Assembly: GCA_008690995.1 (NCBI GenBank) | Contig: VRMN01000013.1 | Location: 248,001 to 312,000 of the forward strand | Source of the DNA: Porphyridium purpureum | Lineage: Eukaryota | Direction of reading: 5' to 3' | Length of the DNA stretch: 64,000 bases | Shown: piece after piece, positions 29,411 to 40,292 of the stretch | Numbering within the stretch: the stretch's first letter is position 1 | Layout: each line of letters starts with the position of its first letter | Translations under genes and position numbers: made by a program | Notes under the pieces: model-generated | Told to the model about the DNA's origin: nothing | The model's input: only the letters and a program-made list of their open reading frames with translations | Database searches by the model: none

Positions 29411-31912
29411 CTAGTTTCTCAGGCTCTCGTAAAAGTTGGGCATGCGGTCGAGCAGGAAGCGCTTGGACTGCAGGCTTTGACGCGGATCCAGGAGGTGCGC
29501 CAGGTCGACCTGCAGGCTTTTCCACTCGCTGGTGCCAGCGACTTCGACCGTGAATGCGCCCACCTCGCCCAGCCGAAACACTCCGCACCCCACGTGCCAC
29601 ACCCGGTCCACGCGGTAGATGAACTGACCGTACTTTTCCAGCGACGCCAACGTGCTGACGTCGCGCTCGACGTCAGAGTCCACGTCCTCATTTTCCCCTG
29701 CACCAGCATCGGGTGCGGGTGCTCTGGTGCCATCTGCGCTCTGCCAAATTCTCTGCAGGTTTTCGGTTTCTGGCTCAAGCGTTTCGAGGCTGCGGGACAC
29801 TTCGATTAGCGAGAGCCGGAGCTGCAATGTGGCGGCGCCCTTGGGGACGTGGTGGCCTCGGAAAAGGAGCGAGTTGAACACGCTTTTCAGGGTCCACAGT
29901 AAAATGCCCAGCACGAGCAGAGCGGGCACTGCGGCGGCAAAGGTAAATGTAAGCTCATTCGCGGCGAGAATGCGGTCCAGCGAGAGAAGCGCCGCACTCA
30001 TGTCAGCCTTTCCCTTTTGCACCTGAACAAAAATAGAGCGCGACAACTTTCCAAACAGCGCACTCTGGATGGGATGGCGAAGCTGCTTCTCGTATTGCTG
30101 CATCAAAATATTGATCGCTTCCTGCGCTTTTTCGGGCGACAAGTACGGCTCGCCCGGCTTGAGATGGCGCTCCGGCTCACGAATCCACGGAAAGAAAAAG
30201 GCGCCCCATCCCAGGTGACGCGGGTCGCAGTTCCAGTGTTTGTACTTGCCGCCGAGACTACGGACATAATCTTCAAGCATGCGATGCAACGCCTCCTGCT
30301 CCAAGAGCAAATCGGCCTCCGATACCACTTCTTGCTTCTGAAATGGCTTGCCAAATTCTTTCAGCAAGTTGAGCACGGGCCCGACAACATTGACCCTCCA
30401 GCCAGTCTCCGCAGCGACCTTGACTGACTGTGCCCACGCCCATGCCTCACCGGTCATAACCCAGCGCGTCAATATGGCGCCGCTTTTAACGGCTGCAGCC
30501 GCACCGAGCAGCAAGCTGGGCCAGTTACGCAGCAGCACATTTGGGCGTCCAGTCTGCGCCACGAGCCGATCCAGATCCTTCTCAGGCCCGCGGCGCTGAA
30601 ATTCGCGCAGCAAAGCGTCTACGTCCTGCCGAACGAGTTTCACTTTTTCCGCCAAGCGCCGCTCCTGCATAACCGTGGCATTGTCCTCCAGCGTGGCCCT
30701 TTCCTCCGGTTGGGCCAGGGAATCGTTGTCGCCTTCAATGGCGGCCTCATCACCCGACTCGCCAGAACGAGGACCGGCTTGCACAGTCTTCCACTCGCGG
30801 TGCGAGTTTACGTGCATCGTCCAGATTTTCCGAACTTGCGAGATCGACTTTGAAACCTGCCCCATCAATGCATCGAGCTCCACGCCGCGCACATCTGGCT
30901 CATTGCCGGTGTCATTTCCAAACACACCGCTGACACGATAGAGGCTCGATCGGGTGCGAATCAACTGATTGACGCGAGACGCGTCACTCTCTACGTCTGA
31001 CGTGCCTTCATTCTCTGAACTAAGCGCCTGATCTTCGCCAGTCATAGCGGCGATCGTCTCATCCAAGGTCAGTGGAGCGCCTGACGGATTACCCCCGCCA
31101 ACCACCCTTCCACTTCCATCCTCACGACCCGCAGCGTACGAAGCCTGTGTGCGACGCTGGTCCACAGTGGAGCGCACGAGCGAGCGACTCGCATGCTGCG
31201 CCTTGCTTGCGATGCCGAACCCAAGCAGTTTTGCGGCTTCGCTGTGCAGCAAGGCGAGCGCGATGAGCAAGTTTTGGCGCAAATGCGCGCAGGTGACAAG
31301 CTTTTCGTAGACAAAGCGCTGGGCATTGTACGGATGTACGTCAGAGCTCCTTTTCCTGCGTCTGCGCGTCATCAGTCGGCCGAATGTTTGGGCGACGGCA
31401 AGCGTGGGCCGGCCCACGAATAGGCCCAAAAAATGAAGTGGACCTTGATCGATGTACAAAGCGGTCCGGCAGCGCGTCGCGGACGTGGACACGATTTGCC
31501 AGTATGCTAGATTGTTCATGACGGCGTGCAGCTTGATCGCGATGAAAAAGGACAGCATCTGCATCACTTCAATGGACCAGTGCCACGCCTGGACGGCTGC
31601 GAGTAAAGACTGCGTGTCTGCGACGCTGAGCTCAGCGCCTTGCGACGCAGTCAATGACAAGAGAATTTCCGTGTAGATGCGCTGCGCCAGCTGCTGCACC
31701 TGCGCGCGCGAGCAGCCTGCGATCGGCATCGACTCGGCCGTCGCGCCAAACCACTTGGTGCCGCCCAAGTTGGGCGGCTTGTAGTCACCCTGCGCGTAGC
31801 CCGGCACATTGGCCTGCACTGCCCGCGCGCCCTTGCCAAAGTCGATGCCCGGCAGCAGCGTTAGCATGCGCTGCACGAGCACCAGTGGGACGCCGATGAT
31901 CAGATTGGCCAT
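29411..31912 (-). CDS. NCA2: NCA2/DGS1 family mitochondrial outer-membrane protein
   Basis: GRPNVLLRNWP, EQEALHRMLEDY, LMQQYEKQLRHPIQSALFGKLSRSIFVQVQK, LDRILAANELTFTFAAAVPA; ATG at 31912. Confidence 0.85.
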   Translation of the reverse strand: MANLIIGVPLVLVQRMLTLLPGIDFGKGARAVQANVPGYAQGDYKPPNLGGTKWFGATAESMPIAGCSRAQVQQLAQRIYTEILLSLTASQGAELSVADTQSLLAAVQAWHWSIEVMQMLSFFIAIKLHAVMNNLAYWQIVSTSATRCRTALYIDQGPLHFLGLFVGRPTLAVAQTFGRLMTRRRRKRSSDVHPYNAQRFVYEKLVTCAHLRQNLLIALALLHSEAAKLLGFGIASKAQHASRSLVRSTVDQRRTQASYAAGREDGSGRVVGGGNPSGAPLTLDETIAAMTGEDQALSSENEGTSDVESDASRVNQLIRTRSSLYRVSGVFGNDTGNEPDVRGVELDALMGQVSKSISQVRKIWTMHVNSHREWKTVQAGPRSGESGDEAAIEGDNDSLAQPEERATLEDNATVMQERRLAEKVKLVRQDVDALLREFQRRGPEKDLDRLVAQTGRPNVLLRNWPSLLLGAAAAVKSGAILTRWVMTGEAWAWAQSVKVAAETGWRVNVVGPVLNLLKEFGKPFQKQEVVSEADLLLEQEALHRMLEDYVRSLGGKYKHWNCDPRHLGWGAFFFPWIREPERHLKPGEPYLSPEKAQEAINILMQQYEKQLRHPIQSALFGKLSRSIFVQVQKGKADMSAALLSLDRILAANELTFTFAAAVPALLVLGILLWTLKSVFNSLLFRGHHVPKGAATLQLRLSLIEVSRSLETLEPETENLQRIWQSADGTRAPAPDAGAGENEDVDSDVERDVSTLASLEKYGQFIYRVDRVWHVGCGVFRLGEVGAFTVEVAGTSEWKSLQVDLAHLLDPRQSLQSKRFLLDRMPNFYESLRN

Positions 31913-32082
31913 GGCAGGGTGCGCTACCCAAGCATTTGACCTTGTGCGCTGGAATCGTATGGCGCACACGCCACGGGGTATAAGAAGACAGAAGTGACCT
32001 GGCGCGCGATCGGTGCGTCTTGGGAATGGAGAGAGTGCGTGCTGACGAGTACGAAGGGCAAGGGTGAGCTGTTGCAGGGAGG

Positions 32083-32964
32083 ATGGCGGTGCGAAGGGTG
32101 CTGGTGACCGGTGGAAACCGCGGGATCGGGCTGGCGATTGTGCAGGAGCTGCTCAAGCGGTATGAAGACACGTACGTGTTGCTGGGCTCGCGCTCTCTGA
32201 GTGCGGCAGAGCAGGCGATTGCGGCGATGCCCGCGGAACACCGCGCTCGCTGCACGCCGCTGCAGCTAGACGTGGCAAGCGAGGCATCCATCCGCGACGC
32301 GGCGGCGCTCGTCAAAGAGAAGTTCGCTCCGCTGCACGGCCTCGTGAACAACGCCGGCGTGATGCCGAGCGACTTTGACCTCAAGAGTGGGCTTGACATC
32401 AACGTGCGTGGAACCGTGCTGATGTGCAAGTATTTCGAACCCATGCTGCTAGAACGTATTGTAAACATGTCGTCTGGTTCTGCGCCCAACTTTGTGCAAA
32501 AGTGCGCGCCCGAGAAGCAGGCGATGTTGGTGCGTCCAGAGTCGTGGGCGCAAGTCGAGTCAGCGATTCAAGAAATGGAAAACATTTACGCTCTTGATCA
32601 CAGCAAAGTGCCGGCGGCTTTCGAGAAGGCCGGATTTGGCTCCTTTGCGGGAATTTCCGTGTACGGATTTTCCAAGGCGTGCGTGAGCGCATTCACGTAC
32701 ACGTATGCAAAGGAGGTACCGCGGCTCATCACCAACGCCTGCTCGCCTGGCTTCATTGAGACGGACATGACGCAGCATTTCGTTAGTCCAGGGCAGTCTG
32801 CAAAGGAGGCCGGGTTGAAGACGCCTGCGGAGGGTGCAGAAGTACCAATTATGCTCTTGATGGAACCGATCAAGACCACTGGTAAGTACTATGGCAGCGA
32901 CGGAAAGCGAAGCCCATGGGACAAGTACCGTTCTCCAGGAGCGCCCGAGTATACGGGCGAGTAA
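32083..32964 (+). CDS. Short-chain dehydrogenase/reductase (carbonyl reductase-like)
   Basis: TGGNRGIG, LQLDV, LVNNAG, YGFSK, CSPGFIETDM. Confidence 0.92.
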   Translation: MAVRRVLVTGGNRGIGLAIVQELLKRYEDTYVLLGSRSLSAAEQAIAAMPAEHRARCTPLQLDVASEASIRDAAALVKEKFAPLHGLVNNAGVMPSDFDLKSGLDINVRGTVLMCKYFEPMLLERIVNMSSGSAPNFVQKCAPEKQAMLVRPESWAQVESAIQEMENIYALDHSKVPAAFEKAGFGSFAGISVYGFSKACVSAFTYTYAKEVPRLITNACSPGFIETDMTQHFVSPGQSAKEAGLKTPAEGAEVPIMLLMEPIKTTGKYYGSDGKRSPWDKYRSPGAPEYTGE

Positions 32965-33085
32965 CGCCGGGCTGGGTTTTTCAGCTTTCGCTTGCACTCA
33001 ATTGTATCTTTCGTAGAAATTCAACGAATAAAGAAGCGTCAAGGATTTTGATCCAATTCGGAAGCGCCGGACTGGCGCGCTTCAC

Positions 33086-33995
33086 CTACCAGAAATTTCC
33101 CTTGACGCCCGATGGACGTGGTTCAGAGTTGTACGGATTCGGCTTCTCGTACTTGCTGTCGATGGTAGAGAGCCCCGCAGCATACATATGGCTGGCGTCC
33201 CCGAGCCCAATCAGCCGTGGGGTGGCAAAGTCTTCCGAACGCTGATCAAACAACACGGTTGTGACTGAGGAGGGCGTCAGGTGGAAGCTGGCAAAAGCCA
33301 TGGCAAGCGGCATTTGCAGCAAATGCGCTAGCCACGCGAGCCCAAACCCGCCGTGGCAAAACACGGCAATCTGGTCCTCAGACCGCTGCCGCATCACGCG
33401 GTACTTGCCGCCTTCCCGGACAAAGCCATGCCGGGCCAGAAATGCATCCGAGTGAGCGCACAGCGTGTCAAAATTCTGCCTGGCCGGGCCGAGATCGTCG
33501 AACCGTGTCCATTGACATTCATGTGTCAGCGGCGGGTCAAAATCGCGCAAAAACTCCTACGATGAGAACGAAAGTCAGTGCGGCCAAAGCCCAAGCGCAA
33601 AAGCTAGTCAGTTCCCTGCCCTATGTCTTCCTAGCACAAACGGCGACGCGCAGTCCATATCAGCCGCAAGTCAACGACCGTGCACTTACCCCTGGCGTAT
33701 CCCACAGGGCCAAGCCGCCCTCGCCCGGGCGGCCAGAGCCCTTGACGATGCGGCCCCACTCACTGAGCTCCTTTGTCCACTCCTCGACCTCAGCGACCAT
33801 GCCGAGCTTCTTCTCCGTGTACGCAGCAGTGTCGCGCGCGCGACCGAGCGGCGAGGTGTACAGATGCGTGGGCACGCGCTGGTTCACACCGGACGCCAGC
33901 CGGTCTGCTAGCGCGGCGGCTTCCAGGTGGCCGTGCGCAGTCAGCGTATCGCCATGATACTCCGGATCCGCGTGCCGAATGATCAACAACCGCAT
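33086..33995 (-). CDS. Histidine phosphatase / phosphoglycerate mutase family protein; 2 exons (33995-33690, 33556-33086)
   Basis: MRLLIIRHAD, YTSPLGRARDTA, AVFCHGG. Phase-0 133-nt intron 33689-33557 with GTAAGT donor, CTGAC branch point and TAG acceptor; splicing gives DTPG|EFLRD. Confidence 0.9.
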
Positions 33996-34321
33996 GATGC
34001 ACACCCCGCACCCACTCTCCCCACCTCTTCCCCACCTGCTCACCACCCGCCAACCCAATAAACCAGACACCAAGTGTACCCCATCCGCCACAAACAACTG
34101 TACACTATCACCATCAACCCTAACAGGTACAGTCCGTCGAGTACAGTGAACATTTGACAAATCAGAAACCCTAGCAGCAACCCTAGTTCTAGGGTGGCGG
34201 GCGCGTTTGCGAGCGAGGCGGCACAAGTTGGAGAAGCGTGTGTGTATGTGTGCGCGTGAAGGGATGTCTGTACCGGTTGACGCCGGCGTGGAGATGAGGA
34301 GATAGGGAGTGTGGTCAGCTG

Positions 34322-35249
34322 ATGGCAATGATTTACGCGATTCTGAACCCGCCGGTGCGGCAGCCGCTCGTGCGGCTGGCGGTACGTGTGTCTGTGCTGT
34401 TTGCAATGGCGCTGTTGCTGCATATGAGCGCGCTCAGCGTCTTGCTGTCGCTGCGCGAGACAGATTTCATGGTGTCGTCCGAGCTGACCTCGCTGGCGTA
34501 CGCTTCGACACCCACATCGGCTTCTGCGCCGGCGCAAGGCGAAGCAGCAGTGTCGCACACCATGCAGCAGCCGCGGGTGTGCGAGCTCCCCGCGCAAGTG
34601 TCGCTGGCGCACGTCTCGCGCCTCGTGCTGTTTGGTAAGCATCCGACCGAGGCTGGGCTAGCTCACACCGTGTCTCGTTTCCGAGATCGCATTCAGCGCG
34701 CGTTTCTGCCGCGGCCAGATGTGGCCTCTCGTGATGGAAGCGGTGGAGGCGCAGGAGCGCGCGGCGCGTGACGCAGCAGATGCCGGTCCAATGGGCGAGG
34801 GCGCTGACGACGTAGAAGATGAGTCGCATCACGGCGCGCTGGACCACGAACAGAAAGCGGACGGCGGCGCCGCAACGCACTTGAGCAGTGTTCCTGTTCC
34901 ACACGGAGAGGACGAGCGGGATGAAGCAGAGGACGAGGAGCGTTCGCGCCACCTGCGCGAGGCTGCTGATGCGGCTCAAGCCGCGGAGCGGGAGCAAGAG
35001 CTCGCCGATCAGAACGGTGCGGCCGGTCCTGCTGCAGCCGGCGGTGATGGTGGTGATTCGGCCGGTGCTGGTGCAGGTTTAGATGGCCAAAACCAAGCTC
35101 TGCGCGAACCCGGTCCAGCCGGCAAAGCTGGAGATTCTGATTCTGGTGACGCCAGTGCGAACAGAAACAATATGGATATGCTTTCTCTTGCGGATCCAGA
35201 GGGTTTGACGCGCCCAAGCCAAATCTGGAGCTGGATGACGGCCCCATGA
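34322..35249 (+). other. Probable N-terminal part (TM anchor + acidic stem) of the downstream glycosyltransferase, split across frames
   Basis: The 34322 ORF has a hydrophobic anchor; the 34719-35249 frame is D/E/G-rich coding-like sequence; the catalytic frame is open only from 35150. Confidence 0.5.
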
Positions 35250-36565
35250 CCGAAGAAGAGCTGGCCAAGGACGCAGGTGAATTGGACGCTGCCAACGGCG
35301 CCGATGTGCGCAATCTGGCCCGCGAGGAGGGTCTTGCCGCGCTCGAACAGGACGAACGCGCGAGGGATGCCTTGGCAAATGATAATGCGGGCAACGAGGA
35401 TGAGCTGCCTTTGCGTGGGGACGGCGGCAACGGCGAGCGCAAAGAGTTTCCGCGCCTTGAGAATGACCCTCACCTGCTAAACGCGGATGAGGATGTGATT
35501 GACGCTCGCTTTGCGCAGGAAGAGCGCGACGAGGCTGCTTTCCTTCGTGAAGGAGATCTGAAAGATCTCAGCTTTTTGACTGCGGCTGAGGAAAACGAGC
35601 AAAAGGTGGATGACGCCGAAAATGGCGCACAGGAGAACATTCGAATCGACGGTGCTGAGCCAGCTAGCACGATGCGCCTCATTGTGTTGACGTTCAACCG
35701 CGCCTTATCACTGCAGCGTTTGCTAAATTCGCTGGGGCAGGCTGACTACGGCGGCGACCAGTCGATCGTGCTCGAAATTTTCATCGATCGCGACCCAAGC
35801 GGGCACGTGAACGCGGACGTTGTGCAAGTAGCTGAGGAATACCCGTGGGTGCACGGCGAAAAGCTGGTGCACGTGCGTGAGCGCAACGTGGGACTGATTG
35901 TGCAGTGGCTGGAATCATGGCACGAGAAACCCAACGAGCACGCGATGATTTTGGAGGATGACCTTGAGGTGTCGCCACACTTTTACACTTGGTGGGTCGG
36001 TGCGATTCACGCGTACGACGCGGATCCGCGCGTGGCCGGCTACACGCTGCAGCGCGCTGCAGTTCGGGCTGACCAGCGCCACAACACCAAGCCAGTGCAT
36101 GTGCCTCCGGAGCACAAGGTGTTCTGGTACAAGCTGTTGGGCAGCTGGGGCTTTGCACCCCGTTACGAGGTATGGAAAGCTTTTAAGGAGTGGTACGCTG
36201 AAACCCGCACCAAGGACCCGGCTTTCCGCCCGTACTTGCCGCACCTCAAGATGAACGAGTGGTTCCTAAAGCAGAAGGATAAGGGCACCATGTGGACCAT
36301 GTGGTTTATTCGATTCTGTCACGACCACCACCCGCCATTATTTACTGTGTATGCCAACCTGCCTAACCGCACAACGTTGGGCGCCAATTATCGCGAGTCT
36401 GGCTTGCACTATCATGACAAGGCGGGGGCCATCCAATCCAAGTCGGTCATCCACGAGCAACCGGACTTTGGCGTCTTTCTAGATGCCAAGGCCCACCCAG
36501 AAGTATTCGTGTTCCCTCGCAGCCCAGTCATGCTTGACTGGAATGGCTCGCGGACGACCGGGTGA
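35246..36565 (+). CDS. GT-A fold (GT2-like) glycosyltransferase catalytic domain
   Basis: LIVLTFNRALSLQRLLNSL, IFIDR, NVGLIVQWLESW, ILEDDLEVSP (DxD-like), GSWG. Confidence 0.82.
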   Translation: MTEEELAKDAGELDAANGADVRNLAREEGLAALEQDERARDALANDNAGNEDELPLRGDGGNGERKEFPRLENDPHLLNADEDVIDARFAQEERDEAAFLREGDLKDLSFLTAAEENEQKVDDAENGAQENIRIDGAEPASTMRLIVLTFNRALSLQRLLNSLGQADYGGDQSIVLEIFIDRDPSGHVNADVVQVAEEYPWVHGEKLVHVRERNVGLIVQWLESWHEKPNEHAMILEDDLEVSPHFYTWWVGAIHAYDADPRVAGYTLQRAAVRADQRHNTKPVHVPPEHKVFWYKLLGSWGFAPRYEVWKAFKEWYAETRTKDPAFRPYLPHLKMNEWFLKQKDKGTMWTMWFIRFCHDHHPPLFTVYANLPNRTTLGANYRESGLHYHDKAGAIQSKSVIHEQPDFGVFLDAKAHPEVFVFPRSPVMLDWNGSRTTG

Positions 36566-36883
36566 CCGGTGCGTGCGAATTCGCTGACGCTGACAGAACG
36601 AAACACCTCAATACGTGCACGCATTTCTGTCGTATGGCGTGCCTTGCCGCGAGCAGCCAGTCCATGGATCAAGCAGACCGGTTAGCTGTGAAGCAAGCAG
36701 CTAGGCAGGCACGCAAGAAAGCGCGCGGGCATGCACGAATGGCCATCTGTGCTGCAGGTCGGCTGCGCATGCCACCAGGTTTGACTTGCCCGCCTTTGGA
36801 GGTTGGGTACAGTGAGTTCAGTTTGTGAAACCGGTTTGTCGCAGCCGAGCCGATAGGAAGGAGACAAAGGAAGGTTGAAAGGC

Positions 36884-38389
36884 ATGAGTGGCGACGGGAG
36901 GATGAAGGTTACATCGGTATCTGGGGCGGCGGCGGCGATTGACGATGCGCTAAAGTCCCTTGCCGGTGCGCTGCAAAAGGAGTATGCGCACCGTACAGAC
37001 GCGACGTTTCTGCACCTGATCGCGGAGGAGCGCGCACTCGCGCGCCGCCGCTCCCGGGTCGACGCCATTTTCGGCGAGCAGGAGAATGCCGACGACCATG
37101 AGGCCGCCCAGTCAGACGGCTTTCCACGAGAAGGTGCAGCTGCAGCGGCGGCCGCAGCGGCGGCGGCACGCATAGTGAACGTGGGTGCGGTATCCTCCCT
37201 CGTGTCGTTTCCCGTCACGCAGGTGCAGCGGACGGCGCTCGTCAAGTCGCTCGACAGCGCGCTGCCTGACCACGTGCGCGGCGCGCTGGGAACCCTCAAC
37301 CTGCTCTGTGCGGGCGATCCCACATGGCATGGACGCGAAATCTTTGTTGACCAGTTCCCGGGCTTGGTGGGCGCGCTCGTCCGGCTCGTTTTGGCTCATT
37401 TGAGCACAGCAGAGCAGCTTGAAGACGACGATGAGGAAGCTCACACGACAGAGGCACTAGATCGTCCAGCAAAACGGCTGCGGTCATCCGTGGTACAGAT
37501 GGCGTGCGTCGATATCCAACTGCCAGCGTCGCACGCTGAAGTGACCTCCTCTGAGACGCGGCTTTTCGCACGCGTGGCGATAAACGTGCTGCGCAGTCTT
37601 AGCTTTACCGAACACAATGCACGAGTATGTGCTCGGCACGGCGGCTTGGTACGCGCGCTCACGCGCGTTGCGGTGCTCCCTCAGCACCGCGTGCCGTGGG
37701 CGCAGGACGCACTTGAGACACTTGTGAATATCGTGCCGTATGTGTCTAATGCGCCTGCTCCCCTCGTGGGCTTTGCTCGGGCGGCGACTGCTTCTTCCAT
37801 GTCTGCAGCAGCTTCTGGCACCGGGTTGGGCCGCCCGCCAGTACCGAAAGCGTCGTCAGGTCACGCTTCCACACAAGGTACGATGTGCCCGGGAAGGGAG
37901 CTTCTGAGCTTGGCTACAGCAATTTTACAGACAACCCAAACGGAGGAGAGTTCAAACGTAGCCCGCGTGACGGCAGCTTGCTCGGTGCTGGCGCACCTCG
38001 CGATCAAGATGGACCGCGATGAGGCTGTCTTTGTAGCTTCGCTGGATGAGAACGTGCGTGCTCTCAGCAGACTTCTATTCCATCGCTCCGCGACTCTGGC
38101 GAGCGCGGCGCTGCTCGCATTGTGCAACTTGAGCACGCTTGACTATCACGAACGTGTGCGCATCGTCCACGGCGTGCCAGAGGTCGTGCCTCGCCTTATA
38201 TCCTTGCTCTATCACGAGGCGCACACAATCCTGGTCGCGCTCACTTTGCAAAACCTGTCCGAGGCTCCGGCAAACCATGCAGCTTTGCTTGCATACGAGG
38301 ATGAACTCGCGCAGCTCGCGCTGGAAAAATTTGCAGCTGCGGAAACGATAGGCGCCGTGCTTCGCGAGCTCCACACGATTGAGGATTAG
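36884..38389 (+). CDS. ARM-repeat SWI/SNF subunit (LFR / ARID1 C-terminal-like)
   Basis: LVKSLDSALPDHVRGALGTLNLL and NVLRSLSFTEHNA resemble the ARID1/LFR blocks; ALCNLS and TLQNLSEAPAN are ARM-like repeats. Confidence 0.7.
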   Translation: MSGDGRMKVTSVSGAAAAIDDALKSLAGALQKEYAHRTDATFLHLIAEERALARRRSRVDAIFGEQENADDHEAAQSDGFPREGAAAAAAAAAAARIVNVGAVSSLVSFPVTQVQRTALVKSLDSALPDHVRGALGTLNLLCAGDPTWHGREIFVDQFPGLVGALVRLVLAHLSTAEQLEDDDEEAHTTEALDRPAKRLRSSVVQMACVDIQLPASHAEVTSSETRLFARVAINVLRSLSFTEHNARVCARHGGLVRALTRVAVLPQHRVPWAQDALETLVNIVPYVSNAPAPLVGFARAATASSMSAAASGTGLGRPPVPKASSGHASTQGTMCPGRELLSLATAILQTTQTEESSNVARVTAACSVLAHLAIKMDRDEAVFVASLDENVRALSRLLFHRSATLASAALLALCNLSTLDYHERVRIVHGVPEVVPRLISLLYHEAHTILVALTLQNLSEAPANHAALLAYEDELAQLALEKFAAAETIGAVLRELHTIED

Positions 38390-38540
38390 GCTGCCGAGGG
38401 AAACTTGTTAGCTGCATGCACCGTTGGAATTTATTAAACAAGTCTGTTCATCATTGAGAAGGCTCGCTGCGATTCCGCGAGGAGCTTTCGTACGTCCTTT
38501 CGCGGTGGCATCGGGTAATCCTTCGGTCTCGAACACATCC

Positions 38541-40292
38541 ATGGCATTCACATGGCACCCAAATGCTAAACTGAAACCCGGCTCGGTGACGCACAAGGAA
38601 GATCTTGGCACCAGTCATCAAATCTTGAAGTTCGTGCGTGTGGCTGCGCCAGCGCTGCGCGCGTCGCCACAGCTTTTTCCACGCTTTGCGCCGCGTGGCG
38701 CGACATGCTGCGGGTGCTGCTCAACGCAAAGGCGGAGTCGAGTGTAGGCAACGATTGCGCGCGCATTCCTGCACGAGCTGCCGGAACGTGGCGGTGCGGC
38801 CAGCGCCTCGACAGCAGATGAGCATGCTGCAGAAGGCCCGGGCGCGCTTGCCTGCGCGGAGCCTTCTGCGGCGTTCGCGGATTCAGATGTGCGCACGCAA
38901 ACACCGTTTGCGTTTCCGGTCCGTGTGCTCAGCGTGGCGACCGACGTGTTGCATGGTTGGCTCCGTGGACTGGGCAGCGTGATCATGACCGGAGTGCAGT
39001 TGGCAGAGTCGAATAACAAGGCATGGCGAAACCATGTGGACACTGAGATGGAAGGCTATGCCGCTCAGACCGTTCCGGCTGGTTGTGAGGAAATACACCT
39101 TGGCGGGTCGCGGCGTCCCAGAAAGATTTTCAATAGCTCACGCTCCCAGCCAATACGGTGCTTGAGGGGCGCGATTTCTAGTAAGGTTGGAATGGCCGGA
39201 AGGTTTGAGATTCTCGAACCGCCCGGTGCAACCGAGGACGGCGAATACCACGGTCTTGAGCCGCTCCTAGTATATTTGCTGCAAAATGCTGGCGACAAAA
39301 ACACGACGACATTCTTTGTGTATGTGACACGGCTGGATGAGTCACGCAACGACCACGTGGAACACATGTGCATGCAGGGCATCGAGCGCTATCTGGGCAA
39401 TGACGTCTGGCAGCGTTGTCTGCTGCTTTTTACATTTGCTGCGGCACTGCCACCGCGCGGGATCTCGTACGCCGAGTATGTGCGCGGGCGACGCGATTAC
39501 ATGAGCTTGCTGCTCCGCTCTGTTGCCGGCTCAAGCGTACCATACCGCAGTCTTCAGAGCCAGAATTCCCCAGAAGAAAGCTTAAGCAGCATCTCGAGCT
39601 TTAGCGGCCTACACGGTACTGCCCTTGACTCGAGTACTTTCCACTGGATGCCCTGTAGCCGCGTGTGCCTGGTGGACGTGTCAGTGGGTGAAGCTTCGCG
39701 TTTACCGGATGGAACCGAGTGGCGCACGCAGTTGCGCGCGCATTTGGAGGTTTTGCTGGTTGAACTTGCACGCGGACCACACTGGCAGGTCCCGGATCGG
39801 TCGCCTTCACCCGAGGATATCGCGCAGGATCGGAAGCACTTGATAATAGTATGCGCGGAGCTCGTGTTCATGGTGACCATGATAATTGTTTCCGTGCCAA
39901 TGCGCAAGCACCTTGAGAGGCGACGTATTGAGAAAGAGGACAGCGCGCAGATTGACCACTTTTATGCGCCTGGACACCGTCCAGAGAAGGATGACAAAGC
40001 GGACGAGGAGCAGTCTGAGGGTGATGTCGTACCTTATGTGAAGCCAAGCCGTGCAGAACTTCGCGCAGAGGCGCTCCGGTGCATTGAGGAATTTAAGCAG
40101 CAGCAAAACGGCAGGATAGGCGGGCGTGCCGCTGGCGATGAAGAAGGAGCGCCGTTTCGCATCGATGAGGAAGACCAGGCCGATGGCGGCTACCTGTCAG
40201 GAGAAAAGCGGCCTTTGCGCCGCGACCCGCAGGACTTGTATCGACGATTCCAGCTGCAGCAGTTGCCAAGCGCTGACCAGGACGATTCATAG
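38541..40292 (+). CDS. Toc34/Toc159-family (AIG1-type) GTPase-like protein with C-terminal TM and degenerate GTP motifs; probable intron 38634-38747
   Basis: ILEPPG, FVYVTRLDESR, IERYLGNDVWQRCLLLFTFAAALPPRGISYAEYV..R and LPDGTEW match Toc34 blocks; TM LIIVCAELVFMVTMIIVSV. The GTGCGT...TAG phase-0 intron would link ATG 38541; exon 1 is tentative. Confidence 0.72.
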
